Virus record (IMG/VR): IMGVR_UViG_3300046320_000024
Length of the DNA: 64,000 bases
Direction: 5' to 3' (one strand)
Source of the DNA: an uncultured virus (IMG/VR IMGVR_UViG_3300046320_000024)
Taxonomy: Duplodnaviria > Heunggongvirae > Uroviricota > Caudoviricetes
The notes beneath the pieces were generated by a model, which saw only the letters and a program-made list of their open reading frames with translations, was not told where the DNA came from and searched no databases. Each line of letters starts with the position of its first letter. The first letter of the stretch is position 1. Shown here in pieces: positions 11,501-18,592 of this stretch. Made by a program: the position numbers and the translations under genes.

Positions 11501-11779
11501 CGTTTTGCAGCTAATATCCCTTCTGAAGCTACAGTAAAGGTGTTCTACAAGACCAGTGTTGGTGATACTAAGCAATTAGCGGCGACTAAATATACACAGA
11601 TGAATCCAGATTCTACTATCGTTAAGGTGGAAAATGGTAACCCTTCTTTCTCAGATATCGATTTCACGTTAACTGGTTTAACACCGTTTGATGGTTTGGT
11701 AGTTAAAATTGTTCTGCAGTCTACAAACAGCTGTGCGGTTCCAATCGTTAAAGACTTGCGAGTTATTGCCTGCCCATAA
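5528..11779 (+). CDS. Large virion structural protein (DUF4815/VrlC-like), 2083 aa
   Basis: PYNDDYDENKKFYRILYRP..VQARELTQMQ, ARRTYDESGDY, NKRYTMRDIG, DPLAQSF, C-terminal PIVKDLRVIA. Confidence 0.8.
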   Translation: MIDFNTEPYNDDYDENKKFYRILYRPSFAVQARELTQMQTILQNQISRHGDAIFKQGAMVIPGQSSVETITQPNKGADYVTLQSVYNGVAVQTFVSSLKGKTIIGSSGVTAEVVVAQDAENTDPTTLYIRYTTTGSNNTTQTFSNSEVITTEDGTYSFQASTSNAVGKGSLATIKRGVYYINQHFCLVEEQTIVLDKYSNTPSYRIGLSVNESIVTPEEDETLLDNAQNSYNFAAPGAHRFYIDLNLTKLSIDSTSDEDFIELIRVVDGKIKTIVDSTAYSMLGDELARRTYDESGDYTVREFSIDVREHRNNARGAWAQNTAYLTGDIVTSGGNTYVAKLSGTSVTTAPTHTSGTAYDGPGSTGIKWEFDVTPAYNRGIYTDGSESKLAIGLEPGKAYVRGYEIQKDSTTYVAVDKARAYDQALNSIIQPTVGNYVLVTNVNNLPPLDTCDIISLRDQITGSSVGTAAGNQIGTARVRFMEWHSGALFGSTAVYKLGLFDIQMNNGKDFNRSVKSFFYSVSSADANLSFSSDINAISTTLVGSVTASSTSLTGTGTSFQTDLISGDYIVVDGTMIRITGAPSSQNAVAITTSSFTGKAYSLASTQLLEANNSSLVFSLPDYAIRSVRGAGTSGVNNTTYICYQKFTQTASGVTVNLSTSGTFSSASGTTNYIVVDNDATAGGAIINPVSIVAVGSTCTITVPSAQSGRSITVIAAVIRNGSGYEKTKTLTSATETFTTAAAAQAAIVYLDKADVFRIVSIKTAPSAAFGTTPASNAYTQDISDRYEFDNGQRQSHYDWGRLNLIPSFTAPSNPVQVTYEYFEHGVGDYFDINSYSNVDYNQVPAVLRDSLDFRPRVANKSAGTAKNFISTGGSITGIPKRGESVTSDYSYYLARKDKIALDFNGKFFDITGVPSTHPGDPQDPALGMVLYNLTLEPYTFSTSSDSIAVQKMENKRYTMRDIGKLESRINNLEYYTSLSLLEQETQSMKITTTGGLDRMKNGFVVDNFSGNNIGNSKSKDYFCSIDMEKNQLRPFYTSYNVNLLEKNSNSGQRAASNYQLNGDIITLPIINTPVLIKQDYASRLENINPFAIYTFLGNVEINPPSDDWFETTRMPDLVQQVEGNYNTIKDLATRAGIIGDAGFGTVWGAWQTEWLGTAFSTGIQTLEADRRYGDGGSALDAQFGLGPDASGWAHRVVKVENLAQAVGQSRTGVKTSLAVKTDYETVADRTVSTAVIPYIRSRNILVQTKGLKPATRFYAYFDDIDVSAFVTPSVKLVYTAGSGIFDFSTNVGGSASETKRRIGGDSQVCLNRGDVISNSLNTASAVVVGKFIDPDTGALTLELANVIGTFANGQTFTGSVSGASGTVVSITSPTTLITNKNGELNFLFEIPNTDAIRFRTGARELKLIDASTSTGQWTSRGRGIYRAEGVLETKQASVNAVRNAELVKEIIGPNDDPAARQTIYQGAGSRVVSDTGWYDPLAQSFLVEQKGGAFLTSVDIFFASKDDRIPVTLEIREMVNGTPGKNVLAFSRTTLNPSQVSLSSNVVSLDGADYPSYDTPTKFTFKTPVYVQDNTEYCFVLQSDSNNYKVWISNVGDTIPGTSGRTISEQPYAGVLFKSQNASTWTPDQNQDIKFTIYRAQFDTSVVGNISFVNDVLQYDNIEVDPFQIVSGSTTVRVWHYDHGMYSGSRVNIKGVADAINGIPAAELNGDHVISNVDANSYTITTTTAGTSSGYGGGSAVMATRNVSYDIINPSIQMQTFSDTKSSFSILTSSGKAIDGSQTPYVADTTYTPCLVKENNFFYSPRVIASEINENILMGGNKSVTFSAQISTTNDAVSPVIDTARTSLVAISNKINQPTEANTNVAALDSKSIVSGSTNWAFTATGFSSTNATIRGSMAAIGIGRYVTISGSATTAGNLGTFLVTGFTDDGTTATITLSGFSGTAETALSGSVVSVRELFFDEITPEGSSSLGKYVTTPIKFANSSTYLRVRFAANIPSEATVKVFYKTSVGDTKQLAATKYTQMNPDSTIVKVENGNPSFSDIDFTLTGLTPFDGLVVKIVLQSTNSCAVPIVKDLRVIACP

Positions 11780-12006
11780 TGACTGATTTTTTGAAGGTGA
11801 TAGGACATGATGGTTTGGTTAGAGACTCCTCTAGCGGAGCTATCATAAACACAAACAGAACTGAGTACGAAGAATATATGGTTCGTATGAGAGAAGCTGA
11901 ACAGCGTGAAAACGCTATTTCTCAACATACAGTTGAGATAAATAACATAAAGAACGAATTGCAAGACATAAAATCGTTAATTCTTCAACTCTTGAACAAA
12001 GATTGA
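11779..12006 (+). CDS. Small conserved hypothetical protein with coiled-coil C-terminus
   Basis: Start overlaps previous stop; KVIGHDGLVRD..SGAIIN pattern usually follows the VrlC-like gene in T4-like phages. Confidence 0.65.
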   Translation: MTDFLKVIGHDGLVRDSSSGAIINTNRTEYEEYMVRMREAEQRENAISQHTVEINNIKNELQDIKSLILQLLNKD

Positions 12007-12024
12007 ACTAAAGGAAATCTAAAA

Positions 12025-13206
12025 ATGGCATCAGTTAACGCTGCAACAATCACGACTCGTGCTGGTAAGGGTAGTCCTCTTACTAACGCTGAAGTCGATG
12101 CAAACTTTAATAACTTAAACACACAACTTCAATTAGCCCAAACTGCTGCTAGCTATACTGCTGCAGATGTACTGGCTAAGTTAGTAACTGTCGATGGATC
12201 TGGCTCTGGGCTAGACGCTGATTTACTTGATGGCTTAAACACTAGCTCCACAGACCAAGCTGGTAATAGCGTTGTAACTCGTTCTGGTGGTAACTTCTCA
12301 GCTAACGTTATTACAGCTACCAACTTCTCTGGTACTCATACTGGAGTTGCTGCAATCACTTCTGGTACTATTACTGGTATTACAGACTTGTCTATTGCTG
12401 ACGGTGGTACTGGTTCTAGTACTGCTGCTGGTGCTCGCACTGCTCTTGGTTTAGCTATCGGCACAGACGTACAAGCATTTGACTATGAATTAGCAGCATT
12501 AGCTTCTGTTACTTCTGGCGTTGATGCTCTGCCATACTTCACTGGTTCTGGTACTGCGAGCACAACTACTCTTTCGTCATATGGTCGTACATTAATTGAC
12601 GATGCTGATGCTGCCACTGCTCGTGGAACATTGGGTGTTCGTATTGGTACAGATGTCCAGGCTTACGCTGCTAACTTAGCAGCACTGTCTAGTGTTGGTG
12701 CTGGTCTTACTACTATCACATCTTCTGGTGTCGCTGCTGCACGTTCTATCGTTGCAGGCGCTGGTATTACTGTTGATAATGGTAATGGTGTTGCTGGCAA
12801 TCCAACTATCAATGCAAACGTTACATCTGTACAAGGTATGACGGGTGCTGTTGTAGTTTCTGTCCCAGTCACATCTGTACAAGGTATGACGGGTGCTGTT
12901 ACAGTAACAAACATTGGTGGCAACGCTGGTTCTGCTTCTTCTGTTGCATGGGGTAATGTCTCTGGTCGTCCAGGGCACCTATCTCAGTTTGCAAACGACT
13001 TAGGTAACTACGGTGGATGGGTTCCACATAACACTAAGCATGGTAACCACAACAACGCCAACATTGGGCGTGGCGCTGGTAACGCTGGTGGTAACTGCGG
13101 TAACATTATCATCAACTGTTATATGCGTCTGCACTTAGATACGAACCACAACATGGATCCGCATCACCATTACTACAATTGCACTAACTGTAATTGCAAC
13201 TGCTAA
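12025..13206 (+). CDS. Tail-fibre-like protein with Asn-Cys/His-rich C-terminal tip
   Basis: [57 protein letters not shown] fibre motifs; ends NCTNCNCNC. Confidence 0.75.
   Translation: MASVNAATITTRAGKGSPLTNAEVDANFNNLNTQLQLAQTAASYTAADVLAKLVTVDGSGSGLDADLLDGLNTSSTDQAGNSVVTRSGGNFSANVITATNFSGTHTGVAAITSGTITGITDLSIADGGTGSSTAAGARTALGLAIGTDVQAFDYELAALASVTSGVDALPYFTGSGTASTTTLSSYGRTLIDDADAATARGTLGVRIGTDVQAYAANLAALSSVGAGLTTITSSGVAAARSIVAGAGITVDNGNGVAGNPTINANVTSVQGMTGAVVVSVPVTSVQGMTGAVTVTNIGGNAGSASSVAWGNVSGRPGHLSQFANDLGNYGGWVPHNTKHGNHNNANIGRGAGNAGGNCGNIIINCYMRLHLDTNHNMDPHHHYYNCTNCNCNC
12823..12900 (+). repeat. 30-bp exact direct repeat (12823-12852 and 12871-12900) encoding [10 protein letters not shown]
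   Basis: acatctgtacaaggtatgacgggtgctgtt occurs twice, 48 nt apart. Confidence 0.9.
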
Positions 13207-13215
13207 GGATAACAT

Positions 13216-14145
13216 ATGCAATACGTAACTAAAATACAATACAAAAGAAGATATCTTTCACAAAAGGGTGCTATTCCAAACACATTGTTCCAACAGTCTC
13301 TACCCGATGTAGAGTGGGCTGGAGAGTTTCCAACAGAGACAGAGTGGACTGATACTAACTTTCAGGAAATTCCTGTAACATTTAATTGGGATTTGAATTT
13401 ATCTGGAACAATATTGAATGTTGTTTTCAAAAATGAAACTTCGAACAGAGTAATCAATAAATTTAAAATTGACACCAGCATGTTTAGCACTGCTGATGGA
13501 CAAACTTTATGGTATATTAAAGATTCTGTTGTTAATACAAACACTCCAGACGATGAAACTGCAGATGCACAAGAACACACTGTACTTGAGGGTGATTTAA
13601 TCAACTCATATGCTAATACATTACCAACAAAAGATTTTAACACCTTTGGTGATGCTACAGTGATTGCGTTCTTTGTAACTAAAGATAACCCATCTGCAGA
13701 TGATATTATTCCTGTTATCATTAGACCAGCAGTTAAAGCTGACGGTGAATATTGGAATAACACTCCAGAAATTGAATACTTCAACATTGATTTAGCTGGT
13801 ACTAACTATGCAGAGCATACAGTGACTTTTACTGGTAATTTAACTAAACATCCGCTGGATCCTATTATCAGATTAACATTTGAACTAATGCCAGAAATTA
13901 ATGTCACTTCTTCTGCACAAACTGATGATATTTTGACAGTTAATTTCGATGTCACATCAGATAAAGTCGACTTTATCTACTTGGTACAAGACAGTGGATA
14001 CTTACCTAAATTGAAAATTCCAGTAACCAATGGTTCTGGTTCATTTAAAGTTGTAACAACTGGTATGAATTCTGGTGATTTAGTTAGAGTGAAGATGGGT
14101 TTCAAATACTGGGTAAACAGAAACACGTTCACTAAGACACTTTAA
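13216..14145 (+). CDS. Hypothetical protein, acidic and beta-rich
   Basis: 309-aa ORF with AAGGA RBS, 9 nt after the fibre gene. Confidence 0.7.
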   Translation: MQYVTKIQYKRRYLSQKGAIPNTLFQQSLPDVEWAGEFPTETEWTDTNFQEIPVTFNWDLNLSGTILNVVFKNETSNRVINKFKIDTSMFSTADGQTLWYIKDSVVNTNTPDDETADAQEHTVLEGDLINSYANTLPTKDFNTFGDATVIAFFVTKDNPSADDIIPVIIRPAVKADGEYWNNTPEIEYFNIDLAGTNYAEHTVTFTGNLTKHPLDPIIRLTFELMPEINVTSSAQTDDILTVNFDVTSDKVDFIYLVQDSGYLPKLKIPVTNGSGSFKVVTTGMNSGDLVRVKMGFKYWVNRNTFTKTL

Positions 14146-14154
14146 TATTCAGGC

Positions 14155-14186
14155 TATCCTAACGAGCATAAATACGTGTTAGGATA
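14155..14186 (+). promoter_or_regulatory. Late-promoter-like CATAAATA (14167-14174) inside a 9-bp inverted repeat
   Basis: TATCCTAAC...GTTAGGATA arms flank CATAAATA, about 30 nt before the rSAM ATG. Confidence 0.5.
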
Positions 14187-14203
14187 ATCTTTTTGAGGAT
14201 AAT

Positions 14204-15592
14204 ATGGCGATTTTTGATATTACAGCATGGTGCCCAGCGGACAGTACTCATAAAAAAATAACTTATGATAGTTCATTAAGTTTACTAAAGTGGGGTGATG
14301 ATACACCAATTCTTAGTAACGTTAAGATACAAGATGAAGTTAAAGAGCCAGCTAAGATTGAGCATGGTAAGAAAAACCTAAAGACTATTAAAATTCAGTT
14401 GGGTCTTTCTTGTAATTTTGAATGCGATTACTGCAATCAGCGTTTTGTTCCACATGCAGATTCTACTAATCTTAATGACGTAGATCCGTTTGTTGCTAAT
14501 ATGAGCAATTGGTATGAAGGTGGAGAAGATGGTTTAGGAAAAGGTTCACACTTCGAGTTTTGGGGTGGAGAACCTTTTGTCTATTGGAAAACATTTAAGC
14601 CATTAGCAGAAGCTATTAAGGCTAAGTATCCTAACGGGTCTATGTCAGTAATTACCAATGGTAGTTTATTAGATAAAGAAAAGAATGATTGGTTAGAATC
14701 AATGGGATTCGGGGTGGCAGTATCCCATGATGGACCAGGACAACCAGTGCGTGGTCCAGATCCATTAGATGATCCAGATTCTAAAATCGGTATCATAGAT
14801 TTATACAAACGTCTCGCCCCAAAGAAGATGTTTAGTTTTAATTCTATGATTAACTCTAAAAATATTAGTCGTGCGGGAATAGAAGCATTCTTTGTTAAAT
14901 TTGTAGCTAATGAAATCGGTGCAGATTATATTCAACATTTGGTTATAGGCGAAGGCACGTTTGTTGATGCTTATGACGAAGGTGGTATGGCCAATTCGTT
15001 GTTGGATGGTGAAGAAGATATTCGATTTAGATCTGTGGCGCTGGACGAGTTACGTACTGGTAAGGTTAGTAGATTTGCCACGATTGGCCAAAAGGTTTCA
15101 GGTTTTGTTACCTCTATTATAGATGGTACTCGAATAGAATCTCTGCCACAAAAATGTGGTATGGACAAAGCAGAAAACATAGCAGTAGACTTAAACGGAA
15201 ATGTTTTAACTTGCCAAAACGTTAGTTCTGTGTCTAACAATCCATCTGGATTTTCACACAAACTAGGTACTGTTTCAGACTTAGCTAATACAAGGCTCGA
15301 TACTGGAACACACTGGAGTGATCGTAAAGAATGCCCAAGCTGCCCAGTTATTCATATTTGTAAGGGTGCTTGTATGTTCTTAACTGGACCACTATGGGAA
15401 GCCTCTTGTGACAATGCATATAGTGACAATATTGTAGAATTTTGTATTGCTATCGAAGAAATGACAGGTTGCATTCCAGAGTATATTGATGGTCCACTAA
15501 GAGAAGACCGTAAAGATATCTTCTGGTGGACTAAAGGTAAACCAGAGAAGGTTAGAAAACCTAAAAAAATCATTCCTATTGTAGCAGCATGA
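14204..15592 (+). CDS. Radical SAM enzyme with SPASM domain (peptide/protein maturase type)
   Basis: CNFECDYC (CxxxCxxC), WGGEP, ITNG, VSHDG; C-terminal CG...NGNVLTC...CPSCPVIHICKGAC...C. Confidence 0.9.
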   Translation: MAIFDITAWCPADSTHKKITYDSSLSLLKWGDDTPILSNVKIQDEVKEPAKIEHGKKNLKTIKIQLGLSCNFECDYCNQRFVPHADSTNLNDVDPFVANMSNWYEGGEDGLGKGSHFEFWGGEPFVYWKTFKPLAEAIKAKYPNGSMSVITNGSLLDKEKNDWLESMGFGVAVSHDGPGQPVRGPDPLDDPDSKIGIIDLYKRLAPKKMFSFNSMINSKNISRAGIEAFFVKFVANEIGADYIQHLVIGEGTFVDAYDEGGMANSLLDGEEDIRFRSVALDELRTGKVSRFATIGQKVSGFVTSIIDGTRIESLPQKCGMDKAENIAVDLNGNVLTCQNVSSVSNNPSGFSHKLGTVSDLANTRLDTGTHWSDRKECPSCPVIHICKGACMFLTGPLWEASCDNAYSDNIVEFCIAIEEMTGCIPEYIDGPLREDRKDIFWWTKGKPEKVRKPKKIIPIVAA

Positions 15593-15900
15593 GTTCATTT
15601 ATTAATGGATATGTAATCGAGATTAGACAGTTTCCAAGATCTATTGAACAAGGGGACGGTAACTTGGAGTGGTTTTCGATGAAAGATTACTTTATATACG
15701 ACTCGAACACTAAAGAATATGGACACAGAGACACGGTGATTCCAGTCTCTGATATCCTAAATAAGGAAGAGATTCCTGACATAAATACAATGAGAAATCT
15801 TATAAATAACAGAGTAACTGTGATTAAAAGATTTATGAATTTTAAAGAACAAACACAAAGCTGGATATTTGATACCAGCAAATTAGGAGAAACCGAATGA
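15589..15900 (+). CDS. Hypothetical protein
   Basis: 103-aa ORF with ATGA overlaps to both neighbours. Confidence 0.6.
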   Translation: MSSFINGYVIEIRQFPRSIEQGDGNLEWFSMKDYFIYDSNTKEYGHRDTVIPVSDILNKEEIPDINTMRNLINNRVTVIKRFMNFKEQTQSWIFDTSKLGETE

Positions 15901-16844
15901 CTATTAAGCATGTAAAATGGGTGATCGCACACGAACCTATTGGCTTATTTTTAAAAGTAGCGGAGCGTTTCGCTAAAGAAGTTAATGAGAAAACTAATGG
16001 TGCTTTCGACATCGAAGTTCTTTCTTTAACTGACTATACTAACAAATATAACGGTGGCAAGAAAATCACTAAAGATGCTTTGATGCAATTAGTTGATAAT
16101 GGCACTATTGAAATGAGCCATATCTACACTACTTGGTTAGCTGATTACAACAAAGACCTGCACGCCCTAGATCTTCCATTCCTGTTCCGTGACCACGATC
16201 ACGCTGATGTAGTGTTAGAAGGTTCTATTGGTATGGATCTATTGGCTGGCGTTGCTGCTAATTCTAACACTCACGCTATGTCTTTCACTTACTCTGGTGG
16301 ATACCGTGTTGTTCCAGCTAACTTTAAGGCTGATACTGTAGAAGCATGGCAAGGTCGCACTGTTCGCACTAGCCGTTCTCCTGTTGCTGTTGAGACATTC
16401 AAGTTGCTTGGCGCTATTCCTAATGAGCACATCGCTTTAGAAGAAATGAACGCTGCAGCTGACTCTGGAGTTATTGAAGCTGGTGAATCTACTTACGTTC
16501 GTGTGTTCCCATTAGATCAACATAAGTCTTTCAAAGTTGTTAATGATACAGCACATAGCTTGTTCTTGACTTCTATCATCGTTAACCAAGACTTCTTCAA
16601 GCAGTTCGATGCTGAAACTCAAGAAATCTTGTCTACTGCTGCATTCAATGCTGCTCGTCAAGAGCGTCGTGAATCTGTTGCTGATATTCCAAACATCTTG
16701 GCTCAATGTGAAGCTGAGGGTGTTGAAGTTGTTAAGATGACTGCTGAACAAGAAGCACGTTTCAAAGAAGTCACTGCTCCAGTTTACGCTAAGTTTGCTG
16801 ACTACTTCACTCCAGGTCTAGTTGAGAAGATTCAACTACACTAA
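15897..16844 (+). CDS. dctP: TRAP transporter substrate-binding protein (DctP family), no signal peptide
   Basis: FAKEVNEKTNGAFDIEV, LDLPFLFRDHDHAD, GGYR, GRTVRT, GVIEAGES; AGGAG RBS. Confidence 0.85.
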   Translation: MTIKHVKWVIAHEPIGLFLKVAERFAKEVNEKTNGAFDIEVLSLTDYTNKYNGGKKITKDALMQLVDNGTIEMSHIYTTWLADYNKDLHALDLPFLFRDHDHADVVLEGSIGMDLLAGVAANSNTHAMSFTYSGGYRVVPANFKADTVEAWQGRTVRTSRSPVAVETFKLLGAIPNEHIALEEMNAAADSGVIEAGESTYVRVFPLDQHKSFKVVNDTAHSLFLTSIIVNQDFFKQFDAETQEILSTAAFNAARQERRESVADIPNILAQCEAEGVEVVKMTAEQEARFKEVTAPVYAKFADYFTPGLVEKIQLH

Positions 16845-16862
16845 TTTGATGCGATAAATACT

Positions 16863-16884
16863 AGGGAGCTTCGGCTCCCTTTTT
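16863..16884 (+). terminator. Rho-independent terminator with UUCG loop
   Basis: AGGGAGC-TTCG-GCTCCCT followed by T tract. Confidence 0.85.
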
Positions 16885-16899
16885 CGTTTTAAGGATATC

Positions 16900-17937
16900 A
16901 TGAGACCAGAGATTCTATACTATAACACCCACATCGTACCAGAGATAATTCAAAGTAAAAAACATCTTATGGCACCATTCTTGTCAGAAGAATATAGCGA
17001 TAACCTTCTCGACACATACAACAAGTTTGGGTTGAACAAACATAATATGGTGTATGATAGAACTAAGTCTATTCCACACTACTTAAACATAGCTAAAGAT
17101 ATCCATCCAATCCCATTAGGGTTTTCTACAAAATCTTTTAATGCAGTAGCTGAAGAAAGAGCCAAACAACTTCTAGCTACAGGTAAGACCATCTATGTTC
17201 TATGGTCAGGTGGAATCGACAGTACATATATCCTTCTTCTTTTAAGACATTATGCTAATGATCCAGAACAAGTTAGGATATATGGTACATATAATTCTAT
17301 TATCGAATCTGGCGATATGTTCGATAGAAGACTAAAGCACGAATTCAAATACATTATACAAACTGCAACAGATAATGAGTTAGCGTATCAGGAAACTGAT
17401 TGTATTTACGTTAGTGGGATGTGTGGTAATCAACTATTTGGACCAACAGACGATTTCTTTGCCACAGGAGAAACTGCAATGTTTCACCATACTCTTGGCA
17501 CACCAAAGACAATTTATGAGTCATACGAGAAACATATCGACTCTAATCTATTAGAGTTTTTTGATCCGATGATTAAGGCTTCTCCCAAGAAGCTAGAAAC
17601 TGTAAATGATCTTAGATGGTATTGTATCTTCAACTTAGACTGGTATACTGCATTATATGAACACAGGACTATGATTCAAGGAGGAGAAAAAGCAGAAAGA
17701 ATTATTGGATTCTTTAATACTGATGATTTCCAAAGATGGGCTATTAATACCAATGAACCATTCACCAAAATCAAAGGAAACCCGAATACTCACAGATGGC
17801 AAATGAGAGAAACTTTGGCAGAACTTGGTGAACATGAATACTCTTTGAACAAGCCCAAGAAAATTTCAAATTTTAACGTTAATAGACCACAGTGGATTTT
17901 CCTACTAAAAGGATTCCATAACATTCTGGACGACTAA
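16900..17937 (+). CDS. PP-loop ATP pyrophosphatase, asparagine-synthetase C-domain-like
   Basis: VLWSGGIDST PP-loop and VSGMCGNQLFG (compare AsnB SGEGADELFG); no glutaminase domain. Confidence 0.7.
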   Translation: MRPEILYYNTHIVPEIIQSKKHLMAPFLSEEYSDNLLDTYNKFGLNKHNMVYDRTKSIPHYLNIAKDIHPIPLGFSTKSFNAVAEERAKQLLATGKTIYVLWSGGIDSTYILLLLRHYANDPEQVRIYGTYNSIIESGDMFDRRLKHEFKYIIQTATDNELAYQETDCIYVSGMCGNQLFGPTDDFFATGETAMFHHTLGTPKTIYESYEKHIDSNLLEFFDPMIKASPKKLETVNDLRWYCIFNLDWYTALYEHRTMIQGGEKAERIIGFFNTDDFQRWAINTNEPFTKIKGNPNTHRWQMRETLAELGEHEYSLNKPKKISNFNVNRPQWIFLLKGFHNILDD

Positions 17938-17954
17938 TTACAAATCTCCTCGTT

Positions 17955-17962
17955 TATAAATA
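17955..17962 (+). promoter_or_regulatory. T4-type late promoter TATAAATA
   Basis: Exact T4 gp55 consensus, intergenic, upstream of structural genes. Confidence 0.8.
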
Positions 17963-17992
17963 AGATGATAAGAATCATTTTAGGATTGAACG

Positions 17993-18328
17993 ATGGCGAC
18001 AATAAGCAATCTGTTTGTGGATGCGGGAGCGAACTACAGTAACATTATCACTGTAGCTGCGACTAACGGACAAGCACTAAATTTAACTGGGTACATGGCT
18101 AATTCTCAGATGAGAAAGTCATATAGCTCATCTGTAGCCTATAATTTCACAGCGTCTATCTACGACGCAGCGAACGGAAAAGTTCGCCTCCAACTCGATT
18201 CAGATCAATCATCAGCCATCCCTGCGGGTCGATGGCTATATGACGTAGAAATTACCTCACCTTCTGGCACTAAAACAAGAGTGGTAGAAGGCATTGTAAC
18301 AGTGAATGCTCAAATAACACAGATTTAA
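17993..18328 (+). CDS. Virion structural protein (Ig-like, baseplate-associated)
   Basis: NLTGY..SQMRKSY...GRWLYDVEI...TRVVEGIVTV pattern common in T4-like tail regions. Confidence 0.65.
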   Translation: MATISNLFVDAGANYSNIITVAATNGQALNLTGYMANSQMRKSYSSSVAYNFTASIYDAANGKVRLQLDSDQSSAIPAGRWLYDVEITSPSGTKTRVVEGIVTVNAQITQI

Positions 18329-18332
18329 AATA

Positions 18333-18578
18333 ATGACAGATACAATAGCTATTGTACAAGCAGATGAAGCACTTCAGATAGCAGTCTCTGAGGGTGTTCT
18401 TACACTTTCTTCATCAAACGTGGCCAACCCTGCCGTCGTAGAATCAGTGTCCAATATTGCGGACGTTGATACCAGCGTTAGAGTTAATGGGTCTATTTTG
18501 GTATACAAAACAACAACAAATAAGTGGACATCCACAACCACCCTCGATGCGCAAAACATGGAAGGCGGAGAATTTTAA
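18333..18578 (+). CDS. Small virion/fibre-associated protein
   Basis: IADVD...NGSILVY...KW fibre repeat; ends MEGGEF. Confidence 0.6.
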   Translation: MTDTIAIVQADEALQIAVSEGVLTLSSSNVANPAVVESVSNIADVDTSVRVNGSILVYKTTTNKWTSTTTLDAQNMEGGEF

Positions 18579-18592
18579 TGGAGAAATAAAAG

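Noticed and set aside
14204..15592. Anaerobic sulfatase maturase or NrdG activase
   Set aside because: No sulfatase or NrdD in the window; NrdG lacks SPASM; context is tail genes. A host sulfatase target cannot be fully excluded
14204..17937. 7-deazaguanine pathway (QueE + QueC)
   Set aside because: The rSAM is long with a SPASM domain, unlike QueE; the PP-loop protein lacks the QueC C-terminal Cys zinc site; no queD, folE or dpdA nearby
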